Assembly: GCA_000967895.1 (NCBI GenBank)
Contig: FO203512.1
Coordinates: 537,582 to 569,581 of the forward strand
Reading direction: 5' to 3'
DNA length: 32,000 nt
DNA from: Oleispira antarctica RB-8
Lineage (GTDB): Bacteria; Pseudomonadota; Gammaproteobacteria; Pseudomonadales; Oceanobacteraceae
This document shows positions 24,488 through 32,000 of this stretch, piece after piece. A program made the translations under genes and the position numbers. The notes under the pieces are model-generated. The model had not been told where the DNA came from and made no database searches. It saw nothing but the letters and a program-made list of their open reading frames with translations. Position 1 is the stretch's first letter. Every line of letters begins with the position of its first letter.

Positions 24488-25838
24488 CTATTTCATAACA
24501 AGGGATGTAATCGCCATTAATTTTCATGCGCCCTTGAGCCGCCATTTGGGTTAATAACGCATCCATTGCATGCATGATATTCGCGTCGCCATTGATCTGA
24601 AATACGCCATGCTTTTTCACAGCCATAACACCATCTTCTTTTACATTACCTGCAACAATTCCAGAGAATGCACGTCTTAAATTGGCTGCTAGTTCGTGTA
24701 TGGGCATCGATTTTGATATTTCTAAAGCGGCCATATTTTCATGCGTTGGTTCAAAAGTCTGCTGAAAACTTTTTGCAATCGTAATGCCCCAGTTGAAAAA
24801 GAAAGCATCGTTAGTCGATTTACGATACTCCAAAACGTCGACTAAACCTGATTTCATTTTCTTGGCAACTCTTACTGGATCATCAATCACAATGTCGTAT
24901 CGTTGCTGTGCTTTTTTACCCAAGGTTAAGCCAATAAAATCATTTACCTGATCAAAGTATTCTGCACTCTCGGCAGGGCCTGTGAGTATCACGGGAAAGG
25001 GCATGTCTACATTGCTTGGGTGTAATAAAATACCTAATAGATAAAGTATTTCTTCTAACGTACCTGGGCCGCCAGGGAATACGATAATGCCATGAGATAA
25101 ACGGATGAAGCTTTCAAGGCGTTTTTCAATGTCGGGCAAAATAACCAATTCATTAACGATAGGATTGGGTGCTTCCGCGGCTATAATTCCTGGCTCTGTA
25201 ATACCAATGTAGCGGCCCGTTTTTATATGTTGTTTGGCATGACCAATGGTTGCACCTTTCATTGGGCCTTTCATCGCGCCTGGGCCGCAACCTGTACCCA
25301 CATCTAAGCCCCGTAAACCTAATTCATAGCCAACTTTTTTACTGTAGTTATACTCTTCACGTGGAATAGAGTGGCCACCCCAACAAACAACCAGTCGAGG
25401 TGAATAATCAGGTTGTAAAATATTAGCATTACGTAAAATATGAAAAGTGGCGTTGGTAATATCTTCGCTATTGTTCAAATCAAAGCGCTGACTTTGAATC
25501 ACTGAATCTTCGGTATATAGAATATCTCGTAGTACCGAAAACAAATGCTCTCTAATACCTTTAATGATGACACCATCTACAAAGGCATGAGAGGGTGCGC
25601 CTTTCACGTCGAGAGTAATGCCTCGGTCTTCTTGACTGACTCTAATATCAAAATCATGAAATTGCTTTATGGAGGATAAATAATCGTCAGAATTGCTTCC
25701 GCAATTTAATACCGCAAAAGCACAGCGACGGAAAAGCTCGTAGGTTTTACTGTTGATATCGCATATTTGTGAGACTTCATGTTTCGATAAAACCCGTAAG
25801 TTTTTCTTCGGGTGTATGTGTGCGTTAATTGTGTGCAT
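24480..25838 (-). CDS. ppnN: LOG-family pyrimidine/purine nucleotide 5'-monophosphate nucleosidase
   Basis: Track ORF runs to 25859; start at 25838 (MHTINAHIHPKKNLRVLSKHEV) is more likely. VVCWGGHSI, GLRGLDVGTGCGPGAMKGPMKGA, GIIVFPGGPGTLEE, RRAFSGIVAGNVKE, YIPCYEIVK match PpnN. Confidence 0.95.
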   Translation of the reverse strand: MHTINAHIHPKKNLRVLSKHEVSQICDINSKTYELFRRCAFAVLNCGSNSDDYLSSIKQFHDFDIRVSQEDRGITLDVKGAPSHAFVDGVIIKGIREHLFSVLRDILYTEDSVIQSQRFDLNNSEDITNATFHILRNANILQPDYSPRLVVCWGGHSIPREEYNYSKKVGYELGLRGLDVGTGCGPGAMKGPMKGATIGHAKQHIKTGRYIGITEPGIIAAEAPNPIVNELVILPDIEKRLESFIRLSHGIIVFPGGPGTLEEILYLLGILLHPSNVDMPFPVILTGPAESAEYFDQVNDFIGLTLGKKAQQRYDIVIDDPVRVAKKMKSGLVDVLEYRKSTNDAFFFNWGITIAKSFQQTFEPTHENMAALEISKSMPIHELAANLRRAFSGIVAGNVKEDGVMAVKKHGVFQINGDANIMHAMDALLTQMAAQGRMKINGDYIPCYEIVK

Positions 25839-25884
25839 ATAAAATCCTTCTGTGTGCATTGTCTGTCAGTCATCATTAATTGAG

Positions 25885-26559
25885 TTAAGCCCATAGCTCT
25901 AAAGGCCCGTAATGGCTGACTATTTTTATGATATCAGTACGAGTAACAATGCCTAATAGTTCATGTTGATCTGAAATAATCGGTAATGCGCCAAGGTCAT
26001 ACTCATACAGCGTACGAGTCGCTTGATGAATATCGGTATCGGGAGAAAAACAAAATACACGTTGTGTTGCAAACAGCATGATGTTTTTCAGGTTAATATT
26101 TTCTTGTATGCCTGGGCCTTGTAAAATATCGCGTTCGGACAGCATCGCTAAAACAGTATTGTCTTCAGCGGTAATAGGAATATGTTGGAAGCGATGGCGC
26201 TGAAAAAGCTGCCAAGCATCGGCAACGGTTGCTTTGGGGCTTAGGCTCACGACATTTTTTGACATGATATCGGCGAGTAGAAAAACTTGGCTGGGTTCTT
26301 TTTCGGCTTGGCGCTGTTTTTGAATGCTGTACGGATCTGCACGTTTAGCAATGGCCTGTTCAGAAGACTGTTGCGTACTGTCTTGTGTTGGCTGCTTTGC
26401 ATTATGGTTTTGTTGAGGTTGTTGATTATTACCCGAGAAGTGATGGTATTGGTCAATACCTGAACTACTTTTAGTCGCTTGAACTTTGATTGAATCTCGA
26501 GTATCTGCTTTTTGCGGTGTAACCACACGCCTGCCCATCTCTACAACGATCAGTGCCAA
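25885..26559 (-). CDS. Protein with a paired CBS domain (Bateman module)
   Basis: 224-aa ORF; MSKNVVSLSPKATVADAWQLFQRHRFQHIPITAEDNTVLAMLSERDIL and FCFSPDTDIHQATRTLYEYDLGALPIISDQHELLGIVTRTDIIKIV. Confidence 0.9.
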   Translation of the reverse strand: MALIVVEMGRRVVTPQKADTRDSIKVQATKSSSGIDQYHHFSGNNQQPQQNHNAKQPTQDSTQQSSEQAIAKRADPYSIQKQRQAEKEPSQVFLLADIMSKNVVSLSPKATVADAWQLFQRHRFQHIPITAEDNTVLAMLSERDILQGPGIQENINLKNIMLFATQRVFCFSPDTDIHQATRTLYEYDLGALPIISDQHELLGIVTRTDIIKIVSHYGPLELWA

Positions 26560-26722
26560 CTTGATTTCCTATTCTTAATATATACAAATCACTACTTTCT
26601 TCATAAGACCACTATCTATATTCTAGTGCAAGTTTAATGGTCTAATGTGAGTTATGGTGCGAGTGGTTGTGCGAGCGCTATCACCTAGTAAAATACAGTA
26701 TATAGAGTGTATCGAGTAAACA

Positions 26723-27589
26723 ATGGAACAAGTGTATAGATTAACCATATCTTGCCCTGATCGGGTAGGGATTGTGGCAAAAGTCGGAGAGTTTGTCTCC
26801 TCTCATGGTGGTTGGATTATTGAGGCGAATCACTACGCCGATACTTCCGTTGAGCTAGGGGGCAGTGGTTGGTTTTTTATGCGTCATTGCATCAAAGCTA
26901 ATTCCTTGCCGTTTGGCCTAGCAGAATTCAGAGAAAAATTTGCCGCCATCGCTGAAGAGTTCGGAATGGATTGGCAAATTAATGACAGTGCGCAAGCAAA
27001 GAAAATTATTCTAATGGCGAGTAAAGAAAGCCATTGCTTAAGTGACTTATTACACCGCGTACATAGCAAAGAATTATTCTGCGAAATTCCCTGTGTTATT
27101 TCTAACCATGACGATTTACGTTCGATGGTCGAATGGCACGGTATTCCATTTTTCCATGTGCCTGTGGATAAAAATAATAAGCAAGAACACTTCGATCGGG
27201 TGAATAGCATTATTGCTGAGCACAAAGCCGATAGCATTGTACTTGCTCGCTATATGCAGATTTTGCCTGCAGAAATTTGTCAGCAGTACGCTGGGCAGGT
27301 AATTAATATTCACCATAGCTTCTTACCGTCTTTTGCGGGTGCTAAGCCTTATCATCAAGCAGCAGAACGCGGCGTGAAGTTAATTGGTGCTACTTGCCAC
27401 TATGTAACAGAAGAATTAGATGCTGGGCCTATTATTGACCAAGACGTCATGCGTATTAGTCATCGTGATAGCATTGAAGATACAGTACGTTTAGGAAAAG
27501 ATGTTGAGAAACAGGTCTTGGCACGTGGCGTAAGAAGTCATGTTGAAGATCGTGTTTTATTACACGGTAATAAAACCATCGTATTCTAA
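26723..27589 (+). CDS. purU: Formyltetrahydrofolate deformylase
   Basis: 288-aa ORF; ACT-like N-terminus YRLTISCPDRVGIVAKVGEFVSSHGGWI, VLARYMQILP, NIHHSFLPSFAGAKPYHQAAERGVKLIGATCHYVTEELDAGPIIDQDV. Confidence 0.97.
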   Translation: MEQVYRLTISCPDRVGIVAKVGEFVSSHGGWIIEANHYADTSVELGGSGWFFMRHCIKANSLPFGLAEFREKFAAIAEEFGMDWQINDSAQAKKIILMASKESHCLSDLLHRVHSKELFCEIPCVISNHDDLRSMVEWHGIPFFHVPVDKNNKQEHFDRVNSIIAEHKADSIVLARYMQILPAEICQQYAGQVINIHHSFLPSFAGAKPYHQAAERGVKLIGATCHYVTEELDAGPIIDQDVMRISHRDSIEDTVRLGKDVEKQVLARGVRSHVEDRVLLHGNKTIVF

Positions 27590-27625
27590 AGAAAAGACAA
27601 CGCTGAGATGCAGCGTTGAATAATA

Positions 27626-27653
27626 AAAAGGGCGCTAATAAGCGCCCTTTTTT
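27626..27653 (+). terminator. Terminator downstream of purU, in the convergent purU/fbp gap
   Basis: GGGCGCT(27630-27636)-AATA-AGCGCCC(27641-27647)-TTTTTT; A-rich upstream arm suggests bidirectional function. Confidence 0.85.
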
Positions 27654-27681
27654 ATTTACCATCGATGTTAAGCGAGAGGTC

Positions 27682-28653
27682 TTACTTTTTATGGTAAGAC
27701 AAAGCGACATCAACTTCATCAATAGATCCCATCACCACAGAAACACGCTGATGAATATCGGTAGGTGTTACTTCCATAATAGGGGCATGAGCGGTACTGG
27801 CTTTACCACCGGCTTGCTCGATCAGCATGCTCATAGGATTTCCTTCGTACATTAAACGCAGCTTACCTGGCTTAGAAGGATCGCGGTTATCGTATGGGTA
27901 CATAAAAATACCGCCACGAGTAAGAATACGGTGAACTTCAGCAACCATGGCTGCAACCCAGCGCATGTTATAACGCTTACCTAATGGGCCTTCTTCACCT
28001 TGTAGCAAATCGGCTACGTAGTTTTGCATCTCAGGCAGCCAAAAACGCTGGTTAGACATGTTGATTGCGAATTCTTGAGTTTGTGCTGGGATTTGAACAT
28101 TTTCACGCATCAACAAAAACTCACCTGTTGCAGGATCCATTGCGAAAGAATGAACACCCTGGCCAGTGGTTAGCATCAAGATAGTGGATGGGCCATACAA
28201 AACATAACCGGCAGACACTTGTTCGGTACCGGCTTGCAAATAAGCTTCAGGTTTCGAGGCATCAACGTCTTTTGTTGTTTTTAAAATCGAAAAAATAGTA
28301 CCAACGGTTACGTTCACATCGATATTAGAAGAGCCATCTAGCGGATCAAACAAGACTAAGTATTCGCCGTTCTCATTACAGGCAACAGGAAAGTCTTCTT
28401 CTTCACTTGCCATGCCTTTGACCATGCTCATGCTGGCAAGCTGGTCTTTAATGATGTCGTTAGAGATGACATCTAATTTCTTTTGAGTCTCACCTTGAAT
28501 ATTCTCTTCGCCTGCACAACCTAAGATACCTGCTAATGCACCCTGTTGCAGTTTGTTAGAAATATCTACACAAGAAGTCATAAGACCATTAAGGATGGCA
28601 GCAATATCGCTAGGAGTATTGTGCGCTTGCAGGAAAGAAGGCAAAGATTGCAT
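27682..28653 (-). CDS. fbp: Fructose-1,6-bisphosphatase class 1
   Basis: 323-aa ORF; [65 protein letters not shown]. Confidence 0.97.
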   Translation of the reverse strand: MQSLPSFLQAHNTPSDIAAILNGLMTSCVDISNKLQQGALAGILGCAGEENIQGETQKKLDVISNDIIKDQLASMSMVKGMASEEEDFPVACNENGEYLVLFDPLDGSSNIDVNVTVGTIFSILKTTKDVDASKPEAYLQAGTEQVSAGYVLYGPSTILMLTTGQGVHSFAMDPATGEFLLMRENVQIPAQTQEFAINMSNQRFWLPEMQNYVADLLQGEEGPLGKRYNMRWVAAMVAEVHRILTRGGIFMYPYDNRDPSKPGKLRLMYEGNPMSMLIEQAGGKASTAHAPIMEVTPTDIHQRVSVVMGSIDEVDVALSYHKK

Positions 28654-28903
28654 ATCTGGTTCTCGGCAGTGATGAGACGAATGAGTAGGTGAATATAAAA
28701 CTGCTGCATCTTACCTGAAGTTGGCTTCAGTTTGAATGCCTAACGATTGAACAGTCGTCTAAGACAACAAAGAGTCTTAACGAATAATACTAAAATATTA
28801 GTAATGCGTCTTAGCCCCGTATGGACTGACCTATTGGTCTCTCACTAGCGACGAAAGGCAAGAGCAAGTACACTAGCGCAATACGATTATTGTGGTAGTT
28901 GGT

Positions 28904-30316
28904 ATGCATCTTCATATTTTGGGTATTTGTGGCACCTTCATGGGCAGTCTTGCCCAATTAGCAAAAGCTCAAGGGCATAAAGTAACGGGTTCAGATCAGG
29001 GGATTTACCCCCCAATGAGCGATCAACTTGCGCAAGCGGGCATTGACGTTATTGCAGGCTTTGATCCTGAGCAATTAGATCCCGCACCAGATTATGTGAT
29101 CGTTGGTAATGCCATGAGTCGCGGTAATCCAGCGGTTGAATATGTTTTAGATCGTGGTTTACCTTACATCTCTGGCCCTGACTGGATGGGTAAGTACTTA
29201 CTCGCCGATAAATGGGTGATGGCGGTTGCCGGTACTCATGGTAAAACCACGACTTCCAGCATGTTGGCTTGGATCTTAGAATTCGGCGGCATGAATCCGG
29301 GTTATCTGATAGGGGGCGTCCCTGAAAACTTCTCTACTTCTGCACGACTCACCGATTCTAATTTCTTTATAATAGAAGCAGACGAATACGATACGGCTTT
29401 TTTTGATAAGCGTTCTAAGTTTGTTCATTACCACCCAAGAACCTTGGTCATGAACAATCTTGAGTTTGATCATGCCGATATTTTTGATGATCTTGCTGCA
29501 ATCGAACGTCAATTTCATCACCTCGTGCGAACGGTGCCGTCTACGGGGCAAGTGATCTATCCCGTCGACAATGCCGCTTTGCAAAGAGTCATTGCGCAAG
29601 GGTGCTGGAGTGAGCAAGCACTTCTTAACCATTCTGGCGGATGGATGGTTGAAGCAATGTTAGCCGATTGCAGCCAGTTCAATGTTCTATATCGTGGCGA
29701 AAATGTGGCCAGTGTGATCTGGAAATTAAGCGGTGAACATAACATGGCGAATGCTTTAGCCGCTATTGTAGCGGCTCGCCATGTAGGAATAGAGCCTCAT
29801 ATCGCCGCCGAAGCCTTGGCAGAATTTCAATCTGTTAAGCGTCGCATGGAGCTGGTAGGAGAAGTCGGTGTAAAGGGGGGGGGCGATAGCATCCGCATTT
29901 ACGATGACTTTGCTCATCACCCAACAGCGATCAAGCTGACTCTCTCAGGCGCGAAAGCCGCTCAACAAGTGCAAAAAAGACGTGGGCGTTTAATCGCCGT
30001 ATTAGAACCCCGTTCGAATACAATGAAACTAGGCGAGCATAAAGCTAAGTTAGCTGCCAGTGTTGAAGATGCTGATGCGAGCTATTGGTTGGAGCCGGAA
30101 GGTTTGTCTTGGTCATTAACCGATGCTGTATCGGGTATGAAAAATCAGCAGGTATTTGATACCGTCGAAGCATTAGAGCAGCAATTGCTGGCCGATATTA
30201 AAAGCGGCGATGATGTTGTGATGATGTCGAATGGCAGTTTCTCAGGAATACATCGTTCGTTATTGGCGAAGTTGCTTGATCGAGTCGCAGTAGAAAAAAA
30301 AGGTGAATTATTATGA
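28904..30316 (+). CDS. mpl: UDP-N-acetylmuramate:L-alanyl-gamma-D-glutamyl-meso-diaminopimelate ligase
   Basis: MHLHILGICGTFMGSLAQLAKAQGHKVTGSD, AVAGTHGKTTTSSMLAWILE, DDFAHHPTAIKLTL. Track ORF begins at 28892; ATG at 28904 is preferred. Confidence 0.97.
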   Translation: MHLHILGICGTFMGSLAQLAKAQGHKVTGSDQGIYPPMSDQLAQAGIDVIAGFDPEQLDPAPDYVIVGNAMSRGNPAVEYVLDRGLPYISGPDWMGKYLLADKWVMAVAGTHGKTTTSSMLAWILEFGGMNPGYLIGGVPENFSTSARLTDSNFFIIEADEYDTAFFDKRSKFVHYHPRTLVMNNLEFDHADIFDDLAAIERQFHHLVRTVPSTGQVIYPVDNAALQRVIAQGCWSEQALLNHSGGWMVEAMLADCSQFNVLYRGENVASVIWKLSGEHNMANALAAIVAARHVGIEPHIAAEALAEFQSVKRRMELVGEVGVKGGGDSIRIYDDFAHHPTAIKLTLSGAKAAQQVQKRRGRLIAVLEPRSNTMKLGEHKAKLAASVEDADASYWLEPEGLSWSLTDAVSGMKNQQVFDTVEALEQQLLADIKSGDDVVMMSNGSFSGIHRSLLAKLLDRVAVEKKGELL

Positions 30317-30942
30317 GCCGCTCAGATACTCATGTGAATGCAGCGTCTAATGTTTGTATTGCCATCACGGGCGCATCTGGTTCGCCTTATGCGATGCGCT
30401 TAATCGAAGTCTTACTAAAAAGCGGTTGCACTGTATCGGTTATTATTTCTAAAGCCGCACAGCTAGTAATGGCAACAGAAACAGAATTTAAAATTCCGGG
30501 TCAAGTACGAGGCCAAGCTGAATACTTGCGTGAATATTTTGGTGCAAACGAAGAACAATTAAAGGTATACGGTCGAGAAGATTGGATGTCGCCTTGGGCA
30601 TCAGGCTCAGGCCGCAATGGCGCGTTGGTTATTTGTCCTTGCAGTACGGGCACATTATCGGCGGTTGCAACCGGTGCGAGTAATAATCTAATTGAACGCG
30701 CAGCGGATGTTGCATTAAAAGAACGTCGACAGCTTATTTTAGTGCCTCGAGAAACTCCATTTTCTACTTTGCACTTACAAAACATGTTAACCCTAAGCCA
30801 AATGGGGGCTGTTATTTTACCCGCCAGCCCAGGTTTTTATCGTCAGCCAGAGAGCATTGCGGATTTAGTCGATTTTCTCGTGGCGCGTATTCTTAATCAA
30901 TTAAACATTGAGCATGATTTGTTACCACGCTGGGGCGAATAG
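30313..30942 (+). CDS. ubiX: Flavin prenyltransferase UbiX
   Basis: 209-aa ORF overlapping the mpl stop; CIAITGASGSPYAMRLIEVL, ALVICPCSTGTLSAVATGASNNLIERAADVALKERRQLILVPRETPFSTLHLQNML. Confidence 0.97.
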   Translation: MSRSDTHVNAASNVCIAITGASGSPYAMRLIEVLLKSGCTVSVIISKAAQLVMATETEFKIPGQVRGQAEYLREYFGANEEQLKVYGREDWMSPWASGSGRNGALVICPCSTGTLSAVATGASNNLIERAADVALKERRQLILVPRETPFSTLHLQNMLTLSQMGAVILPASPGFYRQPESIADLVDFLVARILNQLNIEHDLLPRWGE

Positions 30943-30998
30943 CGAGCGATGGGTCAATACGAATCACCTTCTTAAATTAATAATTCTGGAAAATTAGT

Positions 30999-31334
30999 AT
31001 GAGCAAAGTAGAAAAGCGCGTATCAAAAGATGGCGATAAAGTAACTCACATGATAATGGGGCTTGTAGCCGGTATCATAATATCGGTTGTATCGTTGGAA
31101 TATTATGGTTACTTACGTCATTCAAAAGAATCAGATTCAGCCATGATTGAAGATTTCAAATTGTTAACACTAAAACCTGGCTACGATGTAAAAACATCGT
31201 CTAAACCTTCAGGAAAAACCGCTTTTTGCTCGGGTGGCAGCTTATTAATGAGAGCGGATAAAAATCCTGGTGTATCAGGCATATTGGTGGATAAAAAAGG
31301 CAGAATAATTCACTGTGATAATAAACAAATGTAA
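30999..31334 (+). CDS. Hypothetical single-TM protein
   Basis: 111-aa ORF; one hydrophobic segment MIMGLVAGIIISVVSL; Cys-containing C-terminus. Confidence 0.6.
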   Translation: MSKVEKRVSKDGDKVTHMIMGLVAGIIISVVSLEYYGYLRHSKESDSAMIEDFKLLTLKPGYDVKTSSKPSGKTAFCSGGSLLMRADKNPGVSGILVDKKGRIIHCDNKQM

Positions 31335-31434
31335 GGACTTTGCTTCAGACCCATGATCAAAATATAACAATTAGAAAGATCTGACCGTTACAGATTCAAA
31401 TTTAAAAAAGATACGATATATAAAGATAATAATT

Positions 31435-32000
31435 ATGAAATCACCACATTTAATCTTGTTGGGCAGTGCATTTTTGTTAGCACTGAACAGCCCACTTACG
31501 GTCGCTAGCATTGACGATATAGATAATGACGGCATCGCTGATAGCGTTGATACCGATCGCGATGGTGATGGACTTTCTAATTTTATGGAAACGGCCAGCG
31601 GTACTGATCCCGATGTGGCTGATCAATATGATATTGATAATGATGGTATTCCCGATGCCATTGATTCTGATCAGGATGGCGATGGCGTTCTTGATAAGAA
31701 TGATGACTTTCCGCGTGATGCCAATGCGATAAGAGATACCGATGGTGATGGCGTACCGGATCAACGCGATCAAGATATTGACGGCGATAATATTAGTAAT
31801 AACTACGAGCAGCAGCTCGGGTTTTCTATGAGTGACGCCAATGAAACACCTAATGATTATGATAATGACGGTTGGCCTGATGTACTCGATCCTGACATGG
31901 ATAATGATGGGTATGAAAACCAAAAAGATGCTTTCCCATTACTAGCATCTGAATGGAGCGATCTTGATGGCGATGGAGAAGGCGATAATACCGATACCGA
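31435..32000 (+). CDS. N-terminal part of a secreted thrombospondin type-3 repeat protein, running off the window
   Basis: Open frame from ATG at 31435: signal peptide MKSPHLILLGSAFLLALNSPLTVA then DIDNDGIADSVDTDRDGDGLSNFMET...DSDQDGDGVLDKNDDFP... Ca-binding repeats; no stop before 32000. Confidence 0.9.
   Translation, partial: MKSPHLILLGSAFLLALNSPLTVASIDDIDNDGIADSVDTDRDGDGLSNFMETASGTDPDVADQYDIDNDGIPDAIDSDQDGDGVLDKNDDFPRDANAIRDTDGDGVPDQRDQDIDGDNISNNYEQQLGFSMSDANETPNDYDNDGWPDVLDPDMDNDGYENQKDAFPLLASEWSDLDGDGEGDNTDT

Noticed and set aside
27616-27855. Plus-strand ORF overlapping the purU/fbp convergent terminator and fbp 3' end
   Set aside because: Starts inside a terminator hairpin region and is antisense to fbp.
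31477-31923. Minus-strand 148-aa ORF (and the plus-strand 31526-31732 ORF)
   Set aside because: Low-complexity shadow frames of the Asp/Gly-rich TSP3 repeat gene.
1-32000. Integrated mobile element or CRISPR array
   Set aside because: No transposase, integrase, terminal repeats, tRNA-adjacent boundary or regularly spaced repeats were visible.

Overview
This 32 kb window looks like a marine gammaproteobacterial chromosome segment (Oceanospirillales/Pseudomonadales-like by protein content; that placement is inference). Most of it is housekeeping: gspN-gspC-gspD (type II secretion), a Maf/YceF nucleotide pyrophosphatase, sodB, class I fumarase, phhB, ppnN, a double-CBS protein, purU, fbp, mpl, ubiX, and the start of a thrombospondin type-3-repeat protein. 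I see no rRNA, tRNA, CRISPR array or convincing transposon. The most interesting part is the five-gene same-strand block at 14.6-19.9 kb. It encodes a signal-peptide protein with a C-terminal half that looks like an outer-membrane barrel, a TPR lipoprotein, a 641-aa membrane protein that reads as a natural FliF(C-terminal)-FliG fusion, a PomA/MotA-type stator protein and a MotB/PomB-type OmpA-domain protein. No flagellar export, rod, hook or filament genes are in the window. I propose a stand-alone ion-driven envelope motor or force-transducing machine. Secondary points are a PhoX/DUF839-like lipoprotein with a collagen-like Gly-X-X linker behind a possible Pho-box array, a CXXCH-containing lipoprotein with Ca-binding-like loops, tandem divergent paralogues at 10.3-11.2 kb, a truncated acyl-CoA-dehydrogenase-like ORF, and a double-DsbA-fold protein.
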